Virus record (IMG/VR): IMGVR_UViG_3300026518_000669
Location: 1 to 56,451 of that record
Reading direction: 5' to 3' (one strand)
Length of the DNA stretch: 56,451 nucleotides
From: a virus
Taxonomy: Duplodnaviria > Caudoviricetes
A program made the translations under genes and the position numbers. Within the stretch, counting starts at the first letter, position 1, and each line of letters begins with the position of its first letter. The notes under the pieces are model-generated. The model ran no database searches, had not been told where the DNA came from, and worked only from the letters and a program-made list of their open reading frames with translations. Positions 9,459-18,292 of the stretch are shown piece by piece.

Positions 9459-9703
9459 TCTCCCGCTTGAACCTGCTTATCCCACGCCGCAATCGCGCTA
9501 TCTCGGTGGTGGGTGGCGTTGCGCTCAAAGAAGATGTCGCACAGCCAGTGCTCGTTTTCGGGCTGCTGTGCCCAGCGGATCAGCGAATCACAGGCGGCTC
9601 GCTCGCCTTCCTCGATGCAATCGGTGGGCGTTTTGTCGGCTTCTGGCGAGAACTGCGGATACCGCACGGCGGTTTTGTCGGGTACTGCATAAGCCATGTT
9701 CAT
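9449..9703 (-). CDS. Hypothetical protein
   Basis: ATG at 9703 with AAGGAG RBS. Confidence 0.6.
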   Translation of the reverse strand: MNMAYAVPDKTAVRYPQFSPEADKTPTDCIEEGERAACDSLIRWAQQPENEHWLCDIFFERNATHHRDSAIAAWDKQVQAGEWI

Positions 9704-9713
9704 GTGGTTCTCC

Positions 9714-9947
9714 TTAATCAGCAGGACGTAGACCAGGGCAAATCTCGGCAGCGTTGCCGCGGTAATCGGGGTGTCCGGTGCGGTGGTGCGGGTCAATGCC
9801 CCGCGCCGCCTCAGCGGCCCATACGGCGACCTCTTGGCAGTATTGGCGGTGCATCTGCTCGTTATCGGATGCGTCTAGATTGCTAGCCACGATCATGCTG
9901 CCGATGATGGCGGCCAGCGCGATGAGGCTAAGGGTTTTCGTTGGCAT
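9714..9947 (-). CDS. Small exported/membrane-anchored protein
   Basis: N-terminal hydrophobic segment; YC..V..W...GHPDY...C pattern. Confidence 0.65.
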   Translation of the reverse strand: MPTKTLSLIALAAIIGSMIVASNLDASDNEQMHRQYCQEVAVWAAEAARGIDPHHRTGHPDYRGNAAEICPGLRPAD

Positions 9948-10091
9948 GCTTACTTACCTTCTTGATCAGTTTCGGCGGGTAGCCTAGGCGCTTGGCCGTG
10001 GTGCGGGCCAAACGCAGGCCAAAAAAAACGCCCAGGTCAGGGCGTGGCGTGATGATGTCTCCGCGCTTCTAGCGGATCAGGTAGCGTGTGG

Positions 10092-10406
10092 TCATGTCTC
10101 ACCTCGAGCTTTGGCTAGGGCAGCATGGGCGGCTCGCACAACATCACCTTCAAGTGGTGAAATCTCATCTATCAATTCAAGGCATCCGCATAGCGACTCG
10201 AAAAGCTCAGGGGCGGCGGCGATTAGGTGGGCGTTGGCCTCGTCTTCCTTGGTTGGTATTGGTGGGTCGAACATGCCATGGCTCGCATGTACAAATGCGA
10301 CAATATGGGAGACGTACTGACTATCAATATGCTCAATAAATGATCCGCCAGTTTCTTTTGACAGACTACGCTGCCACGGCCCCGGCGTTGCTCTCAGCTC
10401 GCTCAT
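10092..10406 (-). CDS. Conserved phage hypothetical protein
   Basis: TPGPW...ANAHLIAAAPEL motif; GAGAGG RBS. Confidence 0.8.
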   Translation of the reverse strand: MSELRATPGPWQRSLSKETGGSFIEHIDSQYVSHIVAFVHASHGMFDPPIPTKEDEANAHLIAAAPELFESLCGCLELIDEISPLEGDVVRAAHAALAKARGET

Positions 10407-10785
10407 AGATCACCTCTCATAGAATTAGGCGCGCTGCCTCGCGGCTCTCGCAGTGCCAGTGCAGTGTTGATTGAGGGAAGCAGCGCGGGAATGCAGCCGA
10501 TGCGGCAACATTCCGGTGCAAAAAAGCCCGCTGGGCGCGGGCGAATGCTTGCTCTTCCTGAGCGGGCACGTGATGTCGGGTGACATCGGAAAGAGCGCCT
10601 GTCGCTAGCAGGGGCTGGCTTTGTGACTTCACCGTTAAGACGGCTAGTATCCAGCTTGTCATGTATGCGAGACGCGCTACTCGCACTACAGAGCGCTTGC
10701 TCCACACTCTTTCCGATGGCCCTTGGTATTCTCAGCGGAGAGGGAGCGCTTTAGGCCGCGTTTTACCCAGCGGAACGGGTGGTGC

Positions 10786-11013
10786 TCAAAAATCTTCTTC
10801 CCTTAGAACAAATACCGTTTTTTCGTTTCGCGTGGTTTGCCTTGTGTGCCTTGCTTCCTCTATTCCACCCACAGGGTTAACGCCAGCGATCTTAATGTGC
10901 GTTCGCGGATAGCCGAGGTGCTCGTCAAGAGCGTTGCGGATAACCTCAAGCACTTCGCTTTTTCCGCACCCGACTTTTCCGCTAACTGTTATTTCTATTA
11001 CGTTCGTCTTCAT
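10786..11013 (-). CDS. First gene of the leftward early operon, hypothetical
   Basis: ATG at 11013 with AGGAGG RBS. Confidence 0.65.
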   Translation of the reverse strand: MKTNVIEITVSGKVGCGKSEVLEVIRNALDEHLGYPRTHIKIAGVNPVGGIEEARHTRQTTRNEKTVFVLREEDF

Positions 11014-11150
11014 ACCCACCTCCTGTTTCATCCATCAGCGCCCTCAAGGAAGGCGCTGTAAGATGGCCTGATACTTCGACAGCCTCAGGCAGGCGTATGC
11101 CTGACGCGCTCTCGCAGATGCAATCCACTACGGCGGGGCAGGCTATAACT

Positions 11151-11162
11151 TGTTAAAGAGCG
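11151..11162 (-). promoter_or_regulatory. boxA antitermination element (nutL-like)
   Basis: Minus strand reads CGCTCTTTAACA, the lambdoid/rrn boxA consensus, about 40 nt downstream of PL. Confidence 0.75.
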
Positions 11163-11208
11163 GCGGCCTGTGAGGGCCTGAGCACGTTGTGGTGTGTTCG
11201 TGCCTCTA

Positions 11209-11250
11209 AATATAGGCATACCTTTCAAATAGGTCAACAGGAATACCTAT
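11209..11250 (-). promoter_or_regulatory. PL promoter with two OL operators
   Basis: TTGACC (11237-11232), 17 bp, TATATT (11214-11209); operators ATAGGCATACCTTT (11212-11225) and ACAGGAATACCTAT (11237-11250). Confidence 0.75.
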
Positions 11251-11267
11251 ATTTTTTTATAGGGACG

Positions 11268-11295
11268 AAAAAAAGCCCACCTCGGAGGGTGGGCT
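11268..11295 (-). terminator. Terminator of the cI operon
   Basis: A7-GCCCACC-TCGGAG-GGTGGGCT. Confidence 0.7.
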
Positions 11296-11314
11296 GATTG
11301 CTTCTAGGTGTTTT

Positions 11315-11647
11315 CTACCACATTGAAATTGCTAGGTATGTGCCGATAATTATCGCGATAGGAGAAAAGAAAAGCATGGTCTCGCCTAGCTTTGAGGCAA
11401 AGAATGTCATTACAGGCATAGCCGCTATGGTTATAACGATGGCGTAAGCCAGGGTTTCCCATTCAGAGTTAAGCGCAAGTCTTCCCAGAAAAGCCAGTGC
11501 AAACAAAAAACCTGCAATCGAAGCGACAGGAAGTGCCAGCTTAAGCCATTCCCATGACCCCCTAAAGTTTCGAGCATGGACATTCACCAGCCACATACAG
11601 CATCTAAAAATGGCCCACTCAATCAGCATATGCGCCTCCCCATTCAA
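11315..11647 (-). CDS. Membrane protein co-transcribed with cI
   Basis: Three to four hydrophobic segments; start overlaps the cI stop. Confidence 0.7.
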   Translation of the reverse strand: MNGEAHMLIEWAIFRCCMWLVNVHARNFRGSWEWLKLALPVASIAGFLFALAFLGRLALNSEWETLAYAIVITIAAMPVMTFFASKLGETMLFFSPIAIIIGTYLAISMW

Positions 11648-12363
11648 TCAAAAACTTCCCACCAAAACACGCGGCCTATAATTTTCGGTGAGTCCGGCCC
11701 CATCAGGCTATAAGTCTCTTCGGGATACTCGTCTGCATTGTCGCTAACCAAGCGCACGCGCCCCAGGGGCATCTTGTAGAGGCGCTTAATGCGCAGCATG
11801 CCCCCGTGGTCGAGCGCGTAAATCTTGCCATCGATGATGTGGCGAGTGCCCTTGTCGATAGCAATAGGGGAGCCATCGGCAATCGTGGGCATCATGGAAG
11901 TGCCGCTGGCAGTTGCGCAGGCGGCATTGCTGGGCGAAACGTTGCGCGCAGCCAGCTTGCTTAACGGGAAGCGCATGGTGTGACCACCGTTTTCAACTAC
12001 CTGCGTGCGGCCATCACCAGCAGCAAACTCTACTTCTCTAAAGCACGGCAGCTCTACCTCATCAGGCCTTAGTGGCGCGGCGCCTTCTACAATTTCGGTC
12101 GGGTGCAGTATTAACTCATCCGTACCCGCCGAATATCCAGCGCGAGGATCGCGGGCACCTTCCATCATGCCTTCGCCAGTCGCCAGCCAGCGGGCATCCA
12201 CCCCGCAGACAGAAGCTATCTGAACGAGGTACGCGCTTGAGCGTGATTCTCCGCGCTCAAGTTCAGAGAGAGAGGGTTGGGTAATGCCAATCGCCTTGGC
12301 CAACTCTCGCTGATTCAGCCCTGCGTGTTTGCGGGCACGCTTCACCCGGTCGCCGATATTCAT
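11644..12363 (-). CDS. cI: CI-like repressor (HTH_XRE + S24 peptidase)
   Basis: IGDRVKRARKHAGLNQRELAKAIGITQPSLSELERG; AAG cleavage site; GTSMMPTI and IKRL catalytic motifs. Likely start is ATG 12363. Confidence 0.93.
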   Translation of the reverse strand: MNIGDRVKRARKHAGLNQRELAKAIGITQPSLSELERGESRSSAYLVQIASVCGVDARWLATGEGMMEGARDPRAGYSAGTDELILHPTEIVEGAAPLRPDEVELPCFREVEFAAGDGRTQVVENGGHTMRFPLSKLAARNVSPSNAACATASGTSMMPTIADGSPIAIDKGTRHIIDGKIYALDHGGMLRIKRLYKMPLGRVRLVSDNADEYPEETYSLMGPDSPKIIGRVFWWEVFD

Positions 12364-12376
12364 ATTTAAGCAAGAT

Positions 12377-12456
12377 ATAGGCTGGCCTATATGCTTGCAA
12401 AAAGGAGTTCCTATATCTAATATATCGGTAATCCTTTCAGTATTAGGCATACCTAT
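12377..12456. promoter_or_regulatory. OR operators and PR promoter
   Basis: 14-bp palindromes ATAGGCTGGCCTAT (12377), AAAGGAGTTCCTAT (12401), ATCGGTAATCCTTT (12424) and TTAGGCATACCTAT (12443) match the OL sites; TTGCAA (12395), 17 bp, TAATAT (12418). Confidence 0.8.
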
Positions 12457-12664
12457 GGAAACCCCCGTTCAGAAATTGATAAAGCACTTTGGTAACCAGC
12501 AGAAAACTGCAGAAGCCCTGGGTGTAAAGCAGGGAACGGTTTCCGGCTGGGCCACAGGTCGCCACGGCGTTTCTGAGGTTCATGCCTTGATAGCCGAAAA
12601 GCTGACTGGCGGAAAAGTTAAGGCTGTGGAGCTTTGCCCGCGCCTTATTGCTGTAGCCGCTTAA
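12455..12664 (+). CDS. cro: Cro-like repressor
   Basis: LIKHFGNQQKTAEALGVKQGTVSGW...ELCP; divergent from cI. Confidence 0.88.
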   Translation: METPVQKLIKHFGNQQKTAEALGVKQGTVSGWATGRHGVSEVHALIAEKLTGGKVKAVELCPRLIAVAA

Positions 12665-12719
12665 CCCCAACCGCCAGCCTGTGAAGGCCGCGATATTCTC
12701 ACGGTACAGAGGTAATTCC

Positions 12720-13046
12720 ATGACTCGATACCTGAATGATGATCGTCGCCGTAAGCAAGAAGGCGAACACTTAACCAACGTCGTGAAAGTGCGCTTCACC
12801 GATGCTGAGCTAGAGGACATTGAGCGCGCGGCGGCAATGACCACTGGCGGGCGCATCGCGCCGTTGCTTCATGAGCTTTCTTTGGAAGCCCTGGAAGCGC
12901 GACGCATTCATCAAGCGCAGCTGTTAGACGACTTAGCCAACGGGCGCCCACTGGATGAGCGGGCTCGCCAAACCCTAGCCGAGCTAATGGCAAAAACCGC
13001 TGAACGCCACTTATTGGAAAGCGTGGCACAGCGCGCAATGGCCTGA
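12720..13046 (+). CDS. Regulator in the cII position (RHH-like N-terminus)
   Basis: ATG 12720 with GAGG RBS; VKVRFTDAELEDIERAA. Confidence 0.6.
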   Translation: MTRYLNDDRRRKQEGEHLTNVVKVRFTDAELEDIERAAAMTTGGRIAPLLHELSLEALEARRIHQAQLLDDLANGRPLDERARQTLAELMAKTAERHLLESVAQRAMA

Positions 13047-13065
13047 CAGGGCCGAGGAGTAAGCA

Positions 13066-13278
13066 GTGATTGATCGTCAGGTAATCGCGCTCGCAGTAGC
13101 GAGTATGTCGGCAGAGGGGTTGCAGGCAGCACGGCAAGAAGCTGCGCATCGGCGTATGAGCGTCGAGGACGTAGTGCTGGAGGCAAACCTTAGCGCCGTA
13201 AAAGAGCAGCTGTACGCGCTACGGCAATCCGTTGTTGCTGCGCCGTCGTTAACCGTGATCGAGGGAGGTCGGGCGTAA
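13066..13278 (+). CDS. Hypothetical protein
   Basis: GAGGAG RBS; ends in LTVIEGG. Confidence 0.65.
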   Translation: MIDRQVIALAVASMSAEGLQAARQEAAHRRMSVEDVVLEANLSAVKEQLYALRQSVVAAPSLTVIEGGRA

Positions 13279-13388
13279 GTCCGGCTTTTCGATAGTAGGC
13301 CCTGGTAGGGCAGTCCTGAAACGACAAAGCCCGGCATATCGCTGGGGAGCGTGCCGGGCTTTGAATCGCAACTTGATGGAGAAAGCTT

Positions 13389-14498
13389 ATGTCATCCGCA
13401 GAGATATATCAATTCCCTTCAACGCCTCCCGGCGAAGTCAGGGAAAAGCGAGGTCCGCAGGTGGAGGACGGATACACGCGCATCGCGAATGAGCTGCTAG
13501 AGCAGGTCATGGCAGCGCCTTTCACACTGAGAGAGCTTCGTGTGGTGATGGCCGTCATTCGCCTCACCTATGGCTGGAATCGCAAGCAGGCTCGCGTTAC
13601 AGGCGGTCTGCTGGAAAAACTGACGGGTATTCATGCGACCACTTGCGCAAAAGTTCTTTCCAGCCTTATCGAGAAAGACGTCATCGTTCGCAAGGGTGGC
13701 AGCAGGTCGCCAGTATCGTTAAACAAGCACGCTGAAGAATGGAAGGTTGAGCAGCCGAAACGCGCCATTCCTGAGCCATTAACAAAATGCACTGACTCAG
13801 GTCAAAACGACCTATCTGACTCAGGTCAAAACGACCTACCTTCTAAAGACATGAAAGACATAACTACTGCTGACGCAGTAGTTAATGCGCAAATTCTGCG
13901 TGACGCCTTCGAGGTTTTTTACAACGCCGGTCTGCCGAAAAAAGACCGCAAGCGTGCTGAAGACAAATTCAAGAAAACCGCCAAGCGGCTAAAGCGTGAG
14001 CCAATGGAGTTTGCTGAATTCCTGGCTAGCGACATTGGCAAGCGCCTTGCTGCTGAACAACAAGGTTTTGAATTGCTTCACCCCACCACGTACCTGAACA
14101 ACGAGCGCTGGCTGGACGATATCGAAGAGCGGCAGACGCCTGCGGCAAACAGTCCCGATATCCCCGCCTGCCCCCATGCTGACCTGCTCGCTATCTGGGA
14201 CGAGACGTGCGGCAAGGTGAAAGGCAAGGCCCCTAACCTGCTGGACTGGCAAGGCACGAAGTCTGCTGACGCACTGGCTGAGCGCTGGGCAGAGTTCTAC
14301 GGCGTCGAGGTTAATGGCCGCGTTCGCTATGACTCGCTGGAGACCGGCTTGAAATGGTGGCGTATGGCGTTAGAAACCATCGCTGCCAAACAGGACTTCC
14401 GTAGCGCTGATGCAGACATTTGGAGTCTGTTTTACAAGGGCCGCTTTGGCCGCGCCGCCAATGGCAACCTCTGCAGCCAAGGAGGTGCCACGCGATGA
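13389..14498 (+). CDS. Phage replication initiator (lambda O-like N-terminus)
   Basis: EDGYTRIANELLE...RLTYGWN motif; HPTTYLNNERW; internal iterons. Confidence 0.88.
   Translation: MSSAEIYQFPSTPPGEVREKRGPQVEDGYTRIANELLEQVMAAPFTLRELRVVMAVIRLTYGWNRKQARVTGGLLEKLTGIHATTCAKVLSSLIEKDVIVRKGGSRSPVSLNKHAEEWKVEQPKRAIPEPLTKCTDSGQNDLSDSGQNDLPSKDMKDITTADAVVNAQILRDAFEVFYNAGLPKKDRKRAEDKFKKTAKRLKREPMEFAEFLASDIGKRLAAEQQGFELLHPTTYLNNERWLDDIEERQTPAANSPDIPACPHADLLAIWDETCGKVKGKAPNLLDWQGTKSADALAERWAEFYGVEVNGRVRYDSLETGLKWWRMALETIAAKQDFRSADADIWSLFYKGRFGRAANGNLCSQGGATR
13792..13884. repeat. Replication origin: two 23-bp iterons plus an inverted repeat
   Basis: CTGACTCAGGTCAAAACGACCTA at 13792 and 13816; perfect inverted repeat TAACTACTGC-TGAC-GCAGTAGTTA at 13861-13884. 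Confidence 0.75.
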
Positions 14499-15799
14499 GC
14501 GAACTACTCCACTACGAAACCCTGCTAATCGGTGCCTGCCTACGCTCCCCTGAGTTAATAGGCCAAGTTTTTGTCCGCGCCGATGACCTAAGTGGTGAGT
14601 TTCACGCAGAAATTTGGCAGACGATGAAGGCGCTGATCGCGAAGGGGCAAACTCCTGATTTGGTGTCTGTCTCTGACAGTTGCGCCGCCCCTATTGGAGT
14701 CATGGCCGAGGCTATGCGTGAGTGCTACAGCACAAGCCCGGAGCTGGTCATCGCGTGGTCTGAGGTTATCTGTAGTAAGGCGCGCCGCCGTCGCTTGGCT
14801 ACTGGCCTTGCAGCGTTAGCCGACTCTGACCATGACGCCGATATGCTGCTTCATTATGCCCGTGAGCTTCTGCTGGGTGTTGAAGACGATGCGCCCAAGG
14901 CAGAGCGCACAAATCGGGACATTATCGACGAGCGCATCATGGCGCTTGAAGACCGGATGCTGGGCAAAGCCTCTCACATCGGGCTGACATTCGGCGTTAA
15001 AGACCTCGACAACCTCAGCTACGGCATGCGCCCCGGTGAGCTGGTGGTGATGGCGGCACGGCCTGCTATGGGCAAGAGCGCCATGGCCCTTCAAGCTGCC
15101 CGCCTCAATGCCGTCGCGGGCAAGCGTGTTGCGTTCTTCTCGCTGGAAATGGACACAGGCGAGCTGTTCGACCGGATGCTTTGCCAGGGTGGCAAAGTGT
15201 TTGCCGACCGCTACGCAGCCCCGGCGCGGGATGATGACCGTCTCTATCAAAATATCAGCGAGACGGTTAAAGCGCTCAAGGCGGCTGACCTGCATTGCTT
15301 CGATAACATTTTCGATATTGAGGGAATCACCGCCAAGTGTCGCTCACTTCACCAGGGCAAGCCGCTTGACCTGATCGTTGTTGATTACCTCCAACTGGTG
15401 GGCTCCAAAGGCAATCGTAACGCCAACCGCGCTATCGAGGTGGGCGAGTATAGCCGCGCCTTAAAGATGCTTGCCATGCAGCTTGGTTGCCCCGTTCTGC
15501 TGCTTTCCCAGCTTAACCGTAACGTCGAGACCCGCCCTGACAAGCGCCCGCTCATGGCTGACCTGCGCGAATCGGGAAGTGTCGAGCAGGACGCGAACAA
15601 GATCGTGATGCTCTACCGCGATGAAGTTTACAACGAGCAAACGCCAGACGAAGGCATCGCTGAGCTGATCGTTCGTAAGCACCGTGGCGGCAACATCGGC
15701 ACCGTTCGCGCTGCTGGGCATCTTCGCTGGTTCACCTTTAGCGACCTCGCTTTCACCTCACAACAAACGGGGGCGGCCAACTATGACCCTTTCAATTAA
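14495..15799 (+). CDS. DnaB-like replicative helicase
   Basis: AARPAMGKS, FSLEM, VDYLQL, LSQLNR and DLRESGSVEQDA motifs. Confidence 0.95.
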   Translation: MSELLHYETLLIGACLRSPELIGQVFVRADDLSGEFHAEIWQTMKALIAKGQTPDLVSVSDSCAAPIGVMAEAMRECYSTSPELVIAWSEVICSKARRRRLATGLAALADSDHDADMLLHYARELLLGVEDDAPKAERTNRDIIDERIMALEDRMLGKASHIGLTFGVKDLDNLSYGMRPGELVVMAARPAMGKSAMALQAARLNAVAGKRVAFFSLEMDTGELFDRMLCQGGKVFADRYAAPARDDDRLYQNISETVKALKAADLHCFDNIFDIEGITAKCRSLHQGKPLDLIVVDYLQLVGSKGNRNANRAIEVGEYSRALKMLAMQLGCPVLLLSQLNRNVETRPDKRPLMADLRESGSVEQDANKIVMLYRDEVYNEQTPDEGIAELIVRKHRGGNIGTVRAAGHLRWFTFSDLAFTSQQTGAANYDPFN

Positions 15800-15980
15800 G
15801 CAGCGTGCCCAGCTCCGCGCCAAGCAGATCATCGTGAGAATTGAGTACGCAAATGGGTCGGTGAAGTGCAGCACGCCCGAAGGCGAGCGGTATTACACGG
15901 CAGGCGAGCTAAAGCAGCTGGCCAAGCCTGGGTTTATGGATCGGTTTACAGCATGGATTGGAGGTGCGTCATGCGGCTAA
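15783..15980 (+). CDS. Hypothetical protein
   Basis: Overlapping operon ORF starting at ATG 15783. Confidence 0.55.
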   Translation: MTLSIKQRAQLRAKQIIVRIEYANGSVKCSTPEGERYYTAGELKQLAKPGFMDRFTAWIGGASCG

Positions 15981-16189
15981 CTAAATACGACAAACCAATG
16001 ACGGCAGCGCTATCTCAGCCAGAGCCCTTGCCTGGGGGCAAGAGCCGTCCATCCATTCTCGGCAATGCTGATTATGTTGCCGATCTCAAGACCAAGACGA
16101 AAGGAAAGGTCGTGGCCGCCAAGTGGGGCTTAGCCCTCAACACGGTCTGGCAGCACCGCTCGATTCTACGCAAGCGGGGTGAGTTATGA
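15971..16189 (+). CDS. Small basic HTH-like protein
   Basis: GGAGG RBS; VAAKWGLALNTVWQHR. Confidence 0.55.
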   Translation: MRLTKYDKPMTAALSQPEPLPGGKSRPSILGNADYVADLKTKTKGKVVAAKWGLALNTVWQHRSILRKRGEL

Positions 16190-16428
16190 AGCCTATTGAG
16201 CCGGGGTGCTTAGCCCTAGTCGTGAATGCGAATAAAGACAGAAGCATGATCGGCAAAGTGATGAAAGTAACTGAGCGCGCTCAAGACAAAGACCATTTTT
16301 TTGATGGTAATCCAGCATGGCGGCTAGATAAACCTATTCCAAACTTGGCTTGCGAGGACTGGCTGATTCGCATTGACGATCATGATTTAAACGTCGAAGA
16401 GCAAGAGCTGGAGGTGGAGCATGGGTAA
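16186..16428 (+). CDS. Hypothetical protein
   Basis: ATGA coupling; PGCLALVV motif. Confidence 0.6.
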   Translation: MKPIEPGCLALVVNANKDRSMIGKVMKVTERAQDKDHFFDGNPAWRLDKPIPNLACEDWLIRIDDHDLNVEEQELEVEHG

Positions 16429-16876
16429 GCAGCTCACGTACACCATCCGCACCTTTGAGGAAATGCAGGGCACCTTGGCGCGCATTTCCAGCGCCATCGG
16501 GCGCGGCATCGAGCGCGCACCGGTGGAGGTATCGCTTCGGCACCAGGACGGAAAGCGCACACTCGATCAAAACCGCAAGCTCTGGCCGATGCTGACCGAC
16601 GTATCCCGCCAAGTGCGGTGGCCCATCAATGGCGCTATGGGCCACCTGCCGCCCGAAGACTGGAAAGACATTCTGACGGCGGGCCTGGACAGCGAGCAGC
16701 GCGTAGCCCCGGGCATCGACGGCGGGTTCGTCATGCTCGGCAAGCGCACTAGCAAGATGCGTAAGGCCGAGTTCGCGCAGCTTATTGAGCTGATCTATGC
16801 CTTTGGCAGCCAGCACGGCGTTCAGTGGAGTGAGCCCGCCTTGGCGGTATATGACGAATATCGGGAGGCGGCATGA
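16421..16876 (+). CDS. ninB: NinB/YbcN family recombination protein
   Basis: RTLDQNRKLW..LTDVSRQV, WKDI, RTSKM and ELIYAFG motifs. Confidence 0.88.
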   Translation: MGKQLTYTIRTFEEMQGTLARISSAIGRGIERAPVEVSLRHQDGKRTLDQNRKLWPMLTDVSRQVRWPINGAMGHLPPEDWKDILTAGLDSEQRVAPGIDGGFVMLGKRTSKMRKAEFAQLIELIYAFGSQHGVQWSEPALAVYDEYREAA

Positions 16877-17082
16877 GCAGCTTAGGCGGCGCATGGATGG
16901 GTCTGATCAATCAGCTTAATCGAATTGGCTCTAGTCCAGCGCCCAAGAAAATCGAGCTATCGCAAAATCTTATCAGGGTGTCAGAAGGGCCAGGGCAGAT
17001 TAATCGCGGCTGCCGTGCCATAGGGCTTAAGTATTTAGCCGAAGCGGTGGTGGATAAAGATCGCAAGGAGCTCGCTGCATGA
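16873..17082 (+). CDS. Hypothetical protein
   Basis: ATGA coupling on both sides. Confidence 0.55.
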   Translation: MSSLGGAWMGLINQLNRIGSSPAPKKIELSQNLIRVSEGPGQINRGCRAIGLKYLAEAVVDKDRKELAA

Positions 17083-17375
17083 TGAAGACGAAACCCTACC
17101 GCAGCCGAAAGTGGCTATCTGCCGTGCATGAGATCGACCAGTGCGTTTTATGCGGCGCTTGGGGCGTACAGGCCGCGCACAGTAACCAGCACCGGGGTCG
17201 CGGCCAGAAAGCGTCCGACGCGCTCACCGCCGCGCTGTGCCCGTCGTGTCACGGTGAGATCGACAACGGCAAGAACCTTTCGCGGGACGAGCGGCGCGCG
17301 CGGATGAACGAAGCGATCGTGCTGACCCTCGATCAATTGGCCCGGCGGCAACTGGTCAAGGCGGTGAAGGCATGA
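17079..17375 (+). CDS. Nin-region Zn-finger / HNH-like protein (DUF968/DUF1364-like)
   Basis: CVLCG...AAHSN...G.G.K..D...AALCPSCH. Confidence 0.75.
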   Translation: MMKTKPYRSRKWLSAVHEIDQCVLCGAWGVQAAHSNQHRGRGQKASDALTAALCPSCHGEIDNGKNLSRDERRARMNEAIVLTLDQLARRQLVKAVKA

Positions 17376-17785
17376 AGTTGTTCATTCCCTACCTGGCCAC
17401 CAGCACCAACGTAGGCACCCGCCAGCACTGGACCAAGCGCAAACGCGAGGTCGATAGCTGCCATCTGCTTGTGCGCAGTGTCGTGAAGCGCGAGGGCGTC
17501 CAGCCGATCGGCCAGCGTGTGGATCTGGTATTCCGCCCCAGGCTTGGCAAGGGCGTGCGCCGGCGCGACACCAGCAACTACAGCCTGAACGTGAAGCACC
17601 TCGAGGACGGACTGGTCGCCGCAGGCTTGCTTCCCGACGACCGCGGCGAGTATGTGCGCCGGGTGATCATGGAGCCGCCCGAGATCGACCGGGGGGCAGA
17701 GACGGGGACGTGGATCGAGATCATTCCAGTACAAAACGAGCAGCAAAATATAACCGGCGACATAACCGAGGTGACAAATGGGTGA
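17372..17785 (+). CDS. RusA-like Holliday junction resolvase
   Basis: RDTSNY...KHLEDGLV..GLLPDD acidic catalytic pattern. Confidence 0.75.
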   Translation: MKLFIPYLATSTNVGTRQHWTKRKREVDSCHLLVRSVVKREGVQPIGQRVDLVFRPRLGKGVRRRDTSNYSLNVKHLEDGLVAAGLLPDDRGEYVRRVIMEPPEIDRGAETGTWIEIIPVQNEQQNITGDITEVTNG

Positions 17786-17975
17786 CGTGATCGACATTGG
17801 CGGCAAGCCACGCGCTGGCGAAACCGTATTCCCAGCCTGCCGGTGCGGCGAAACCTTCGTGCCGCTGGCCATCATGGGCGACCGGCCATTCATAGCCGCG
17901 TTGGTCTGTCCAGCCTGCGAGGCTGAGGTGTCAGTAAACCAGGGATATATCGGGCAGGGAGGTGATAGCGAGTGA
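17778..17975 (+). CDS. Small zinc-ribbon protein
   Basis: CRCG...CPAC; GAGG RBS. Confidence 0.55.
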   Translation: MGDVIDIGGKPRAGETVFPACRCGETFVPLAIMGDRPFIAALVCPACEAEVSVNQGYIGQGGDSE

Positions 17976-18292
17976 TCGAGCGTCCGACGCAGTGGCCAGA
18001 CGGTCGCCCGTTGGGAGGCACCAATGGCTATCCCCCTGAGTGGCACGATTGGGCGCGTCAGTGCGAAGTGAAGCACATCGCTCGGCAAATGCTCAAGGCG
18101 CCACAAGCTCAACGAAAGGCCGTGCATGAGCAGTGGGTAAAGAAGTTCCCGCACGCAACACCGCAACGGATAAAAGATGTTTGGGAACAAGTAGTTGAAG
18201 AAGAACGCGCAACGCGGCAGGGCAACAAAACGCAACAGACGCGAAATATCGCAACGAAAACGCAACGGCAGCGCAACGGCAGGGGGTGGTGA
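17972..18292 (+). CDS. Hypothetical protein
   Basis: Coupled ORF; EWHDWARQCEVK motif. Confidence 0.6.
   Translation: MIERPTQWPDGRPLGGTNGYPPEWHDWARQCEVKHIARQMLKAPQAQRKAVHEQWVKKFPHATPQRIKDVWEQVVEEERATRQGNKTQQTRNIATKTQRQRNGRGW

Noticed and set aside
10403-10707. Two overlapping minus-strand ORFs (possible Ash/Icd-like gene)
   Set aside because: No clear RBS or convincing motif; the PAGFF peptide coincides with a terminator-like hairpin.
12364-12450. N-terminal extensions of cI (to 12450) and cro (from 12329) in the ORF track
   Set aside because: They run through the operator/promoter region; the HTH domains begin at 12363 and 12455.
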